Positions 11,165-19,976 of a stretch of DNA of 64,000 nt are shown here, in pieces; the first letter of the stretch is position 1; every line of letters starts with the position of its first letter. Below the pieces are notes generated by a model. It worked only from the letters and a program-made list of their open reading frames with translations, ran no database searches and was not told the DNA's origin. Both the position numbers and the translations under genes were made by a program. Source of the stretch: a bacterium (GTDB lineage: Bacteria; Sysuimicrobiota; Sysuimicrobiia; Sysuimicrobiales; Humicultoraceae); assembly GCA_031082185.1 (NCBI GenBank), contig JAVHLI010000001.1, forward strand, positions 313,980-377,979, written 5' to 3'.

Positions 11165-12211
11165 CTACCTCACGGGAAGCATACGCTCCGCCTTGGGCGG
11201 GAGGAACTTGTCGGTGAAGACCTGCTGCCACCTGGGCTTGACCGGGAGCGCGAACGCTTCCGTCAGCAGATCAACGGACCGGCTCATGCGCTCGCCCTTG
11301 ATTGCGCCGAAGCCGTGGGATTGCACATCTTTGGTCAGGATGTTGTGCCGGAGCGCGAGCTGCAGGCGCTCAAGCTCTACGTCCTCGCGCAGCAGCGGGT
11401 CGCGCCGCTTGACGATGGCGACGGCCTCTGAGGGGTTGTTGATCGTGTCCTTCAACGCGCGCACAAACGCCCTGAGGAACCCGCGGACCGCCTCGGGCTC
11501 CTTCTCGAGCAGGGTCGCCGGCGCCATGATGGCGTTGCCGTAGAGGGGAAGGCCCTGGTCGTTGTACATGAACGCCACGATCTCGGCCGGATCTACCCGC
11601 GCGGCCTTCAGGTTGAGGAACGAGGTGAAGTAGAAGCCGGAGATGGCGTTGACGTCGCCCCTGACCAGCATCGGCTCACGTAGCGGCACGTCCATGGTGA
11701 TCCACTCGACCGAGGCCGGGTGCATGCCCACAGCCCGGGCGAAGAGCGGCCAGAGGCGGCGCGGCGCATCGCCGGCCGGCGCGCCCAGCTTCTTCCCGTA
11801 GAGCTCGATCGGCCGCGTGATGCCCTCGCGCCTCAGCGTGATGATCGAGAAGGGAGGCTCGTTCAACAGGACCGCTATGGCCACGAGCTCCCGGCCTGGG
11901 TTCCTGGCGTTGAACTCGATCATTGAGTTGATGTCGGCGTAGCCCAGGTTGTAGGCGCCGCCGGCGATCTTGGTCACCGCGTCGGCCGAGCCGAAGCCGC
12001 GGTCAACCGTGATGTTCAGGCCTTCCGCCGCATAGTAGCCCTTCTCCAGGGCGACCAGGAAGGGCGCCTGCGGTCCCTGTACGATGAAGTCCAGGGTGAA
12101 CTTCCACGTCGTCTGCTTACCTGGTCTGGCGGGCGGCTGGGCAAGGCCAAATCCGGCGGCCAGCACGACAACTGCCAGCACCGCCGCAAACACTGCCAAG
12201 AGGCTTCTCAC
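11165..12211 (-). CDS. ABC transporter substrate-binding protein, NMT1/THI5-like (NitT/TauT, SsuA-type); paralog 1
   Basis: Signal peptide MRSLLAVFAAVLAVVVLAAG; NMT1/THI5-like core; ~75% identical to neighbouring paralog. Confidence 0.8.
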   Translation of the reverse strand: MRSLLAVFAAVLAVVVLAAGFGLAQPPARPGKQTTWKFTLDFIVQGPQAPFLVALEKGYYAAEGLNITVDRGFGSADAVTKIAGGAYNLGYADINSMIEFNARNPGRELVAIAVLLNEPPFSIITLRREGITRPIELYGKKLGAPAGDAPRRLWPLFARAVGMHPASVEWITMDVPLREPMLVRGDVNAISGFYFTSFLNLKAARVDPAEIVAFMYNDQGLPLYGNAIMAPATLLEKEPEAVRGFLRAFVRALKDTINNPSEAVAIVKRRDPLLREDVELERLQLALRHNILTKDVQSHGFGAIKGERMSRSVDLLTEAFALPVKPRWQQVFTDKFLPPKAERMLPVR

Positions 12212-12341
12212 TTCTGGTCCCTCCTTGAGATAGGACAGAGATTCTCCGGATGCTAGAGTATTATGGTTGGATTCCGGTGTAACCTAAAAGGTTCGCGATT
12301 GGCGAAGAAACCCCCTTCTCCGCACCCTACTCCCGGCTAGG

Positions 12342-13403
12342 CTACCTTGCGGGCAGCATGCGCTCAGACTTGGGAGGCAGGAACTTGTCCGAGAAGACGC
12401 GCTGCCAGGCGGGCTTGGTCGGGAGACTGAACGCCTCGGCCAGCAGGTCAATGGACCGGCTCAGGCGCTCGCCCTTGACGCCGCCGAAGCCGCCCGATCT
12501 GACGTCCTTGGTCAGGACGACGTGCTGGAGGGCCAGCACCAGGCGTTCCCGTTCCACGTCCTCGCTAATCATCGGGTCGCGGCGCTTGAGGGAGCTGATG
12601 GCCTCGGAGGGGTTTGCGACCGCATCCTTCCAGGCGCGCGTTATCGCCCTGACGAAACCTCGCAGAGCTTCGGGCTCGTCCTTCAGGAGGGAAGGCGGCG
12701 CGATGATGGCGTTCCCGTAGAGCGGCAGGCCGTACTCGTTGTATGGGAAGATCACGATGTCCGCGGGATCCACCCTGGCAGTCTTGAGCGTGATGAAGGC
12801 GTTGAACGAGAAGGCGGCAACCGCGCTGACCTCACCCCGCAACAGCATCGGCTCCCGCAGCGGCGGGGACATCGTCACCCACTCCACGGAGGCCGGGTGC
12901 ATGCCGACCGCTTTGGCGAACAGCGGCCAGAGCACGCGCGGAGCAGAGCCGGCCGGCGCACCCAGCTTCTTCCCGTAGAGGTCGATCGGCCGGGTGATGC
13001 CCTCCTTCCGCAGCGTAACGATGCTGGAAGGCAACGCGTCGAAGGGCACGGCAACGGCGATCAGGTCCCTGCCGGGATTCCTGGCGTTGAACTCGATCAT
13101 GGTGTTGATGTCGGCGAATCCCAGGTTGTAGGCGCCGGCCGCGACCTTGGACACGGCGTCGGCAGAGCCGAACCCGCGGTCAATGGTGAGGGAGATACCT
13201 TCCGCGGCGTAGTAGCCCTTCTCTAGCGCCAGCAGGAAGGGCGCGTACGACCCGTCAAAGACCCAGTCAATCGTGAACTTCCACTGCACCGTTCGGCCGG
13301 GCTTGGCCGGCGTCTGGGCGAGTCCAGATCCGGTGGCGGCTGCGGTGATGATCAGCGCGACGACGATCATCGCGGCGACGGTCAGCGAGAGCAGGCGTTT
13401 CAT
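12342..13403 (-). CDS. ABC transporter substrate-binding protein, NMT1/THI5-like (NitT/TauT); paralog 2
   Basis: ORF 12342..13502 trimmed to ATG (MKRLLSLTVAAMIVV..., signal peptide) with AGGAGG 7 nt upstream. Confidence 0.8.
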   Translation of the reverse strand: MKRLLSLTVAAMIVVALIITAAATGSGLAQTPAKPGRTVQWKFTIDWVFDGSYAPFLLALEKGYYAAEGISLTIDRGFGSADAVSKVAAGAYNLGFADINTMIEFNARNPGRDLIAVAVPFDALPSSIVTLRKEGITRPIDLYGKKLGAPAGSAPRVLWPLFAKAVGMHPASVEWVTMSPPLREPMLLRGEVSAVAAFSFNAFITLKTARVDPADIVIFPYNEYGLPLYGNAIIAPPSLLKDEPEALRGFVRAITRAWKDAVANPSEAISSLKRRDPMISEDVERERLVLALQHVVLTKDVRSGGFGGVKGERLSRSIDLLAEAFSLPTKPAWQRVFSDKFLPPKSERMLPAR

Positions 13404-13592
13404 GGGTGGTCCTCCTCTTGGGATTCTTGTTGCGAATGATTCGAGGCCGCCCTGTCGCTCCCTTTCCCGGGGCGGTAGGCAGAGGAAGGCGCTCGGCTGC
13501 ACCCTTTTGGCACTCTTGGGCGTCGCCTGGGGTACAATCGTGACGTTACCGTTCTTCTGAGGATCGCGCTCTTGGGCAGCGGGGAGGACAGC

Positions 13593-14039
13593 ATGAGCAG
13601 GCAGGTATCTGCTGGCAGAAAGACCGCCTACTACCTGGGCGTCGTTGTCATGATCATCGGCGGCCTCATGTTCGCATCCGTGTTTGTCACGCTTGCGATG
13701 CTTGCCGGGAGAGACTCAGATCCAGAAACGGTGATCGGGTCCTTCCTGATTCGCGCCTTCGGGGGACTGGCGCTCGTGGCCGTTGGTGGCGCAATCAGGG
13801 CAGTTGGAGCCCGTGGCCTGGCCGGTTCTGGCGTGGTTCTGGATCCGGAACGGGCACGGCAGGAACTCGAACCCTACGCTCGAATGGCAGGCGGCATGGT
13901 CAAAGATGCATTGGATGAGGCCCAGATCAAGGCCGGAACAGGCGGGCCGCAGAGAATCGTTATGGTCAGATGTCCCTCCTGCCGAAAGCTGAACGAAGAG
14001 GACTCTAAGTTCTGCCAAGAATGCGGGAAGGGCCTCTGA
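13593..14039 (+). CDS. Hypothetical membrane protein with C-terminal zinc ribbon
   Basis: Two predicted TM helices then CPSC...CQEC; ATG at 13593 preceded by GGAGGA. Confidence 0.5.
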   Translation: MSRQVSAGRKTAYYLGVVVMIIGGLMFASVFVTLAMLAGRDSDPETVIGSFLIRAFGGLALVAVGGAIRAVGARGLAGSGVVLDPERARQELEPYARMAGGMVKDALDEAQIKAGTGGPQRIVMVRCPSCRKLNEEDSKFCQECGKGL

Positions 14040-14521
14040 TCAACTCCTTTGTGCAGGGGGTTGCTTCGTCTCGGCTGGGAGCCTGGTTCCTTTCTCGCAC
14101 CCTGCACCATCTCGACCGCCTCGTTCTCAGGGTGACCGGGGGCCGCACGACCATGACCGGCCTCTTGACAGGTCTGCCGGTCGTCGTCTTGACAGCCACC
14201 GGCGCCAGGAGCGGGCTGCCGCGCACGCTTCCTCTGCTGTGCGTTCGCGACGAGCTTACCCCGAATGCTTTCGCCCTCGTCGCCTCGAACTGGGGAGGGC
14301 GACACAACCCGGCCTGGTACTCTAACCTGAAGGCGAACCCCCGCGCGGTGGTTTCCGTGGGCGGTCAGGTTGGGGAGTACGTCGCACGCGAAGCAAGCGG
14401 AGGGGAGTACGAGAGGCTCTGGCGGCTGGCAGAGGACACCTATGCGGGCTTCCGGCTGTACAAGGCGCGCGCTTGTGGGAGGCGCATCCCGATAGTGATC
14501 ATGACGGTGAGCACCGCGTGA
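14021..14521 (+). CDS. Deazaflavin(F420)-dependent nitroreductase-family oxidoreductase (Ddn-like, PNPOx fold)
   Basis: TGARSGLPRT...NWGG..NPAWYSNLKANP signature of F420H2-dependent reductases; start uncertain (ATG 14021 overlaps previous gene by 19 nt). Confidence 0.7.
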   Translation: MREGPLINSFVQGVASSRLGAWFLSRTLHHLDRLVLRVTGGRTTMTGLLTGLPVVVLTATGARSGLPRTLPLLCVRDELTPNAFALVASNWGGRHNPAWYSNLKANPRAVVSVGGQVGEYVAREASGGEYERLWRLAEDTYAGFRLYKARACGRRIPIVIMTVSTA

Positions 14522-15492
14522 GGCGGCTGCGCGTCGGCGTGCTCATGGGCGGCCCGTCGCCGGAGCGCGAGATATCGCTCTCCACCGGCCGCCACGTCGC
14601 GGCTGCGCTCGATCCCACACGCTACGATGTGGTACCGTTGGAGGCGCCGGCCGCAGGCGCGTGGTTCCCTCCCACGGACATGGACGTGGCGTTTGTCGCC
14701 ATGCACGGTCCTTTCGGAGAGGACGGAACGGTTCAGGGCATGCTGGAGTTCGCCGGCATTCCCTACACGGGCTCCGGCGTCCTGGCCAGCGCCCTGGCCA
14801 TGGACAAGCGACGGTCGCGCCAGCTTATGGCGTTCAACGGCGTGCCGGTGCCCGGCTACTTGGTAGTGGACCGCGCCTTGCTCGCGGCCAGAGGCTCCTC
14901 GCTGGTGGAGGAGGTGCGGCAGACGTTGGGCTTCCCCTGCGTGGTCAAGCCTAATGCCCTGGGCAGCAGCATCGGGGTAAGCTTGGTTCGCCAGCCGGAG
15001 GGCCTGGCGGATGCGCTGGCGGCAGCACTGGCCCTGGATCAGACGGCTCTCGTGGAAGAGTACCTGACGGGCACCGAGCTGACCTGCGCTATCCTCGACG
15101 ATCCCGAGCGCGGCGCGCCGGTGGCGCTGCCCCTGGTGGAGATCGTGCCCAAGCGGGAGTTCTTCACCTTCGAAGCCAAGTATACTCCGGGCGCGGCCGA
15201 CGAAATCTGCCCGGCGCGCCTGCCCGCTGCGGCGGTCTGGCGGGCGCAGGCGGCCGCGCTGCGCGCCTACCGCGTGCTGGGTTGCAGGGACTTCGCGCGC
15301 GTGGACCTCTTCGTCCGCGAGGCGGACGTCGCGGTGCTCGAGGTGAATACGATTCCCGGCCTGACCGAGCGGAGTCTCTTTCCGAAGGCCGCGCTGGCCG
15401 CGGGGCTGGAGTTCCCGGCCCAGGTGGAGCGCCTTATCGCGGCCGCGCTACGCCGTGCCCGGAGGCCATCCCAGGAGGTGCAAGAAGGATGA
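14518..15492 (+). CDS. ddl: D-alanine--D-alanine ligase
   Basis: VRRLRVGVLMGGPSPEREISL N-terminus and ATP-grasp motifs; GTG start overlapping Ddn stop (GTGA). Confidence 0.85.
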   Translation: MRRLRVGVLMGGPSPEREISLSTGRHVAAALDPTRYDVVPLEAPAAGAWFPPTDMDVAFVAMHGPFGEDGTVQGMLEFAGIPYTGSGVLASALAMDKRRSRQLMAFNGVPVPGYLVVDRALLAARGSSLVEEVRQTLGFPCVVKPNALGSSIGVSLVRQPEGLADALAAALALDQTALVEEYLTGTELTCAILDDPERGAPVALPLVEIVPKREFFTFEAKYTPGAADEICPARLPAAAVWRAQAAALRAYRVLGCRDFARVDLFVREADVAVLEVNTIPGLTERSLFPKAALAAGLEFPAQVERLIAAALRRARRPSQEVQEG

Positions 15493-16370
15493 CGCCCCCC
15501 CCAGGGCAGAACTGGATAGTGAAGTCCCACGCGCTGGGCAACGACTACCTGGTGCTCGACCCCTCCGCGCTCACCTTCGAGCTGACCTCCCGGGCGATAC
15601 AGCGCATCTGCGACCGGCACCTGGGTGTCGGTTCCGATGGGATCCTGGCGCTCGTTCCGACTTCGCGCGCGGATTTCGGCCTGCGCATCTACAACCCCGA
15701 CGGCAGCGAGGCCGAGAAGAGCGGCAACGGCCTGCGCATCTTCGCCAAGTTCCTCTTCGACCACGGGTACACCGATCGGACGGCCTTCACCGTGGACACG
15801 CCCGGCGGGATCGCAGGCATGACGCTTCACCTGGCTGGCGGTCGTATCGAGCAGATGACGGTGGACGTGGGGCGCGCGACCTTTCAAAGCACCGAGATCC
15901 CGGCCACGGGACCGCCCCGCGAGATGGTGGACGAGATCATCGAAGTTGGCGACCAGCGGCTGGAGATCACGGCGGTTTCGGTCGGCAACCCGCACTGCGT
16001 CGTCTTCGTGCCGGACCTGGATCTGATTGACCTGCACCGGCTCGGGCCGCTCCTGGAGACCCATCCTCTCTTTCCCAAACGCACGAACGTGCAGTTCGCG
16101 CAGGTGGTTGCGCGCGACCGGGTGCAGATCCTCATCTGGGAGCGCGGCGTCGGCGAGACGATGGCTTCGGGTACCAGCGCCAGCGCCGTCGCGGCCGCCT
16201 CGGTGCGCGAGGACATGACCGACCGCGAGATCACAGTCTCGGCCCCCGGAGGAGACCTGCGCGTAGTCGTGGGCGAAGACTGGAGCATTCGGGTGACCGG
16301 CCCGGCGTCCGAGGTCTACTCGGGGACGCTCAGCGCCGATCTCGTGGCAGCGATTGGAGGGTTCTCATGA
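15489..16370 (+). CDS. dapF: Diaminopimelate epimerase
   Basis: HALGNDYLVLD, SGNG, GNPHCV motifs; ATGA overlap with ddl stop. Confidence 0.85.
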   Translation: MTPPPGQNWIVKSHALGNDYLVLDPSALTFELTSRAIQRICDRHLGVGSDGILALVPTSRADFGLRIYNPDGSEAEKSGNGLRIFAKFLFDHGYTDRTAFTVDTPGGIAGMTLHLAGGRIEQMTVDVGRATFQSTEIPATGPPREMVDEIIEVGDQRLEITAVSVGNPHCVVFVPDLDLIDLHRLGPLLETHPLFPKRTNVQFAQVVARDRVQILIWERGVGETMASGTSASAVAAASVREDMTDREITVSAPGGDLRVVVGEDWSIRVTGPASEVYSGTLSADLVAAIGGFS

Positions 16371-17644
16371 GCCGCAAGATCCTCTATGTGATCCTGGATG
16401 GTGTCGGCGACCGGCCGATCCCCTCGCTTGGAGGCCGCACGCCCTTGGAGGCCGCGCATACCCCGCACCTTGACCGCCTGGCCGCCTCCGGCGAGCAGGG
16501 TCTGGTTACCACTGTCGGGGAAGGGATCGCGCCCGAATCTGACGTGGCCGTGGTCGCCATCCTCGGGTACGATCCGATGGTCTATCACGTCGGCCGGGGC
16601 CCGCTGGAGGCGCTGGGCGCCGGGCTGGACTTCGGCGGGGGCGACTTGGCGCTGCGCGGCAACTTCGCCACCGGCGGGGAGGGCGCCCTGATCGTTGACC
16701 GGCGCGTAGGCCGCAACCTTTCCTCACAAGAGGCGCACGTGCTGGCCGAAGCGGTCACCGCGCAGATCGATCTAGAGAGCGCGCCCGCCAGGGTAGTCGT
16801 GGCCGCGACGATCGGCCACCGCTGCGCGGTGGTTTTTCATCCCACAGAGGGACGCCTGAGCGCCCAGATCTCGAACACCGATCCGGCCTATGCGCGCATC
16901 GGCGGCATGGGCGTCGCCCGCGCCACGTTCGGGAACCAGGTCGAGGAGTGCGTGCCGCTCGATGGATCGACCGAGGCGCGCGCGGCTGCGGCGCTGGTGA
17001 ACGAGTTCACCCGGAAGAGCCGCAAGATCATGGATGCGCACCCACTCAACGCCCGGCGGCGGGCCGCGGGAAAGCTGGCCGGCAACCTGATCCTGCTGCG
17101 CGACGGCGGCGACCATCTGCCGCAGGTTCCCTCGATACACGAGCGTTTTGGCGTACGGCTGGGGTGCTTCGTGGAGATGCCGGTCGAGCGTGGGATCGCG
17201 CGCTACCTTGGGATGGGCGTGGTTGAGATACCTCACGGCACCTCCGGCAGCCGCGCCGAGGCCTACCAGACATGGGCGCGCCGCGCGCTGGAAGTGCTAC
17301 CCCAGTACGACGGTCTCTACATGCACCTGAAGGGGCCGGATGAGCCCGGGCACGACGGGGATTTCACGGCCAAGCAGCAGGTCATCGAGGAGATTGACGC
17401 GCACTTCTTCGGCAATCTGCTACCGGCGCTCGATCCCTCCGCGGCCATCGTCGCCGTGACCGCGGACCACGCGACCCCCTGCGAGGTGCGCGGTCACTCG
17501 CCCGACCCGGTGCCCCTTCTGATAGGCGGCGGGAGCACGGTGCCCGACGGCGCCGGCCGATTCACCGAGGCCGCCGCGGCCAAAGGAGCGCTGGGGCACC
17601 TGCGCGGCATCGAGATCCTGCCGCTGCTGGTGGGGCGGAGGTAG
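16367..17644 (+). CDS. apgM: 2,3-bisphosphoglycerate-independent phosphoglycerate mutase, archaeal type (alkaline-phosphatase superfamily)
   Basis: ILDGVGD N-terminus, metalloenzyme-superfamily His/Asp motifs, ~425 aa; ATGA overlap with dapF. Confidence 0.75.
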   Translation: MSRKILYVILDGVGDRPIPSLGGRTPLEAAHTPHLDRLAASGEQGLVTTVGEGIAPESDVAVVAILGYDPMVYHVGRGPLEALGAGLDFGGGDLALRGNFATGGEGALIVDRRVGRNLSSQEAHVLAEAVTAQIDLESAPARVVVAATIGHRCAVVFHPTEGRLSAQISNTDPAYARIGGMGVARATFGNQVEECVPLDGSTEARAAAALVNEFTRKSRKIMDAHPLNARRRAAGKLAGNLILLRDGGDHLPQVPSIHERFGVRLGCFVEMPVERGIARYLGMGVVEIPHGTSGSRAEAYQTWARRALEVLPQYDGLYMHLKGPDEPGHDGDFTAKQQVIEEIDAHFFGNLLPALDPSAAIVAVTADHATPCEVRGHSPDPVPLLIGGGSTVPDGAGRFTEAAAAKGALGHLRGIEILPLLVGRR

Positions 17645-17690
17645 GAGGCCCATCGCTACGGATCGCCGCTGTGAATCGCCGGGGTAGACA

Positions 17691-18929
17691 GTGAAGGAGC
17701 GCGCCCAGCCCGACCTTTGGCTGCCGGGGATCTGCGCCTCGCGCTTCTTCATGAACATGATCCACATGACTTATGCCGCATGCCTGCCCGTGCTCAGGGC
17801 GTCGTGGGGCATGTCCGCGGCCCAGGCAGGTTCGGTGGCCACCGGTTTCCAGGTCGGCTACGCGATCTCCCTGCTGGGCTTCTCTTGGCTGGCCGATCGG
17901 GTCGGCGCCCGGCGCATCTTCCTGATTTCCGGCGCCATGAGCACGATTGCCGCGCTGGGGTTTGCGCTCTTTGCGCGGTCGTACGCTTCCGGGCTGGCGC
18001 TGTTCACGCTGACCGCGCTCGCACAGGGAGGCACGTACACCACGGCCATCATGCTTATCTCCGACCGCTACCGTTCGCAGCACCGCGGCGCGGCCCTGGG
18101 CTGGCTGATCGCTGCCTCTTCGCTGAGCCACGCGGCGTCGCTGCTGGTCACGGGTGCCGTGCTGCCTCGGGGCGGCTATCAGGCGGCGTTCCTGGTGACC
18201 GCCGCCGGCCCACTTGCAGGGATGCTCGTCGGATGGTTCGCCCTGCGGGGGACGGCCAACGTGATCCATCCTGGCGAGGAGGGGTCCGGTGCCGGGGTCG
18301 AACTGCTGCGCAACCCGCATGCAACGCGCCTGATCGTCAGCTACACGGGCCATTCGTGGGAACTGCTGGGCATGTGGGCGTGGGCGCCGGCGTTTGTGGC
18401 CGCCAGCCTGGCCGTATCCGGGGCGATGACGCTACGGGCCGCCGAGCTCGGCGCCTACCTTTCGGCTTCCTTCCACCTCATGGGTTGGGTGGCGTCATCG
18501 TCTATGGGGTACCTTTCGGACAAGCTCGGGCGCCGCACGGTTATTCTCGCCCTGGCCGCGACTAGCGCCGCATGCTCGTTCAGTTTCGGGTGGCTGGTGG
18601 GAGGGCCGCTCTTGATCATCGCCGTCGTGGGCGCGGTCTACGGCTTCACGGCGCTGGGCGACTCGCCGGTGCTCTCGGTCGCCCTGACGGAGGCGGTGCG
18701 CCCTGCCTATCTCGGTTCGGCCCTGGCCATCCGGTCGCTCGTGGGATTCGGCGCTGGTGCGGTATCGCCGGTCGTCTTCGGCCTGGTACTGGACGCGACC
18801 AATCCCGCAGGGGCGCCCGCATCCGGCTGGGGATGGGCTTTTGCCGTGCTGGGCATCGGAGGGCTGGCTGCGGTGCTGTCCGCCTGGGGCCTGCCGCGCA
18901 CGCGGCGGGTATCCTTCCGGGAGGTGTGA
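17691..18929 (+). CDS. MFS transporter
   Basis: 12-TM hydrophobic profile, ADRVGARR loop motif; GTG start tentative. Confidence 0.75.
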   Translation: MKERAQPDLWLPGICASRFFMNMIHMTYAACLPVLRASWGMSAAQAGSVATGFQVGYAISLLGFSWLADRVGARRIFLISGAMSTIAALGFALFARSYASGLALFTLTALAQGGTYTTAIMLISDRYRSQHRGAALGWLIAASSLSHAASLLVTGAVLPRGGYQAAFLVTAAGPLAGMLVGWFALRGTANVIHPGEEGSGAGVELLRNPHATRLIVSYTGHSWELLGMWAWAPAFVAASLAVSGAMTLRAAELGAYLSASFHLMGWVASSSMGYLSDKLGRRTVILALAATSAACSFSFGWLVGGPLLIIAVVGAVYGFTALGDSPVLSVALTEAVRPAYLGSALAIRSLVGFGAGAVSPVVFGLVLDATNPAGAPASGWGWAFAVLGIGGLAAVLSAWGLPRTRRVSFREV

Positions 18930-18934
18930 TCTGC

Positions 18935-19429
18935 GTGGACCACCCTGAGATCACCAACAGATGGCCGGGCCACTGCTTCGGCTGCTCGCCGTCCAACCCG
19001 CGCGGGCTGCGCCTTCGCTTCTGGCGCTCGGAGCAGGGCTGCTATACCAAGTACGCCGTCCCCGAGCACCTTTGCGGCTTCGACAGGGTTGCCCACGGAG
19101 GGATCATCGCGACGCTCTTGGATGAAGTGTCGGCCTGGACCGTCATAGCGTGTCTGGGCCGGCTGGGGGTCACCCGCGAGATCTCGATCCGCTACCTCAG
19201 GCCCGTGCCGACAGGCACCGAGGTGTACGTCAGGGGGCAGGTCGTCAGCCACGATGATAGGATCGCGGTGGTGAGCGCGTCCATCACTCTTCCCGGGCGC
19301 TCGGAACACGAGGTGCTCGTTGACAGCACGAGCACGTGGGCGCTGCCAAAACTCTCTAGCATCGCCAGGATGGCAGGGCTGGATGAGCAGGCCCTGCGGG
19401 AGTACCTGGAAGCCATGGGGCAGAGCTAG
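18935..19429 (+). CDS. PaaI/hotdog-fold acyl-CoA thioesterase
   Basis: WPGHCFGCSPSNPRGLRLRF...HGGIIATLLDE hotdog thioesterase motifs; GTG start ~10 nt after GGAGG. Confidence 0.7.
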   Translation: MDHPEITNRWPGHCFGCSPSNPRGLRLRFWRSEQGCYTKYAVPEHLCGFDRVAHGGIIATLLDEVSAWTVIACLGRLGVTREISIRYLRPVPTGTEVYVRGQVVSHDDRIAVVSASITLPGRSEHEVLVDSTSTWALPKLSSIARMAGLDEQALREYLEAMGQS

Positions 19430-19436
19430 GCGAGAG

Positions 19437-19901
19437 TCAGGCGACCGCCTTCCGTCGCACCAGCAGCCAGATCCCAAGCACGATCAGCAGCATGGGCCAC
19501 CATGCGGCCATCACTTGCATAATGCCTGCGCCCCGCAAGACCCGCAGCAGCCCGACTGCCACGAGGATCCCGCCCGGGACGAGCGGCCACCATTCGGCGG
19601 CCTGCCTGCCGCTCCTCGCAAGATCCACCACGTAGACGAACAGGAAGCCGACGCCCAGCCCGAGCAGCACCGGCGCGCGATCGGCGCCGACCCAGTCGCG
19701 CGCCGCGATGCCGGCGCCCAGCCCGGTCAGGATCCCGGCCGGCACAAGGAGGCCGTACCTGCCCGTAAAGGCATAGGCCACCAACAGGAGCGCACCGACG
19801 ACCAGGACGCTCTGGTCACCGATGGGGTACGCCCGCATGGCCAGCAGCAGGACGACACCGACGACTATCAGTACCAGGCCCTGCACGTATCTCCGCTCCA
19901 T
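19437..19901 (-). CDS. Hypothetical integral membrane protein (4 TM)
   Basis: C-terminal 154 aa of ORF 19437..20846 from ATG (MERRYVQGLVLIVVG...) with GAGGTG upstream; the rest of that ORF is antisense to the GntR gene. Confidence 0.5.
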   Translation of the reverse strand: MERRYVQGLVLIVVGVVLLLAMRAYPIGDQSVLVVGALLLVAYAFTGRYGLLVPAGILTGLGAGIAARDWVGADRAPVLLGLGVGFLFVYVVDLARSGRQAAEWWPLVPGGILVAVGLLRVLRGAGIMQVMAAWWPMLLIVLGIWLLVRRKAVA

Positions 19902-19976
19902 CGTCCACCTCGTCCGGAGGCTAGTGTGTTTCGTTGACAGTCTCTTCACGACGCGCGACAATTGCCCTGCCTGCAG

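Noticed and set aside
9593-11431. 612-aa plus-strand ORF
   Set aside because: Antisense to the 497-aa PLP enzyme; composition-biased (R/G/P/H-rich), no motifs.
13404-13592. Possible sigma70 promoter (TTGGCA/TTGGGC ... TACAAT) for the zinc-ribbon membrane protein gene
   Set aside because: The -35/-10 spacing is either 11 or 20 nt, neither near the 17 nt optimum; left uncalled.
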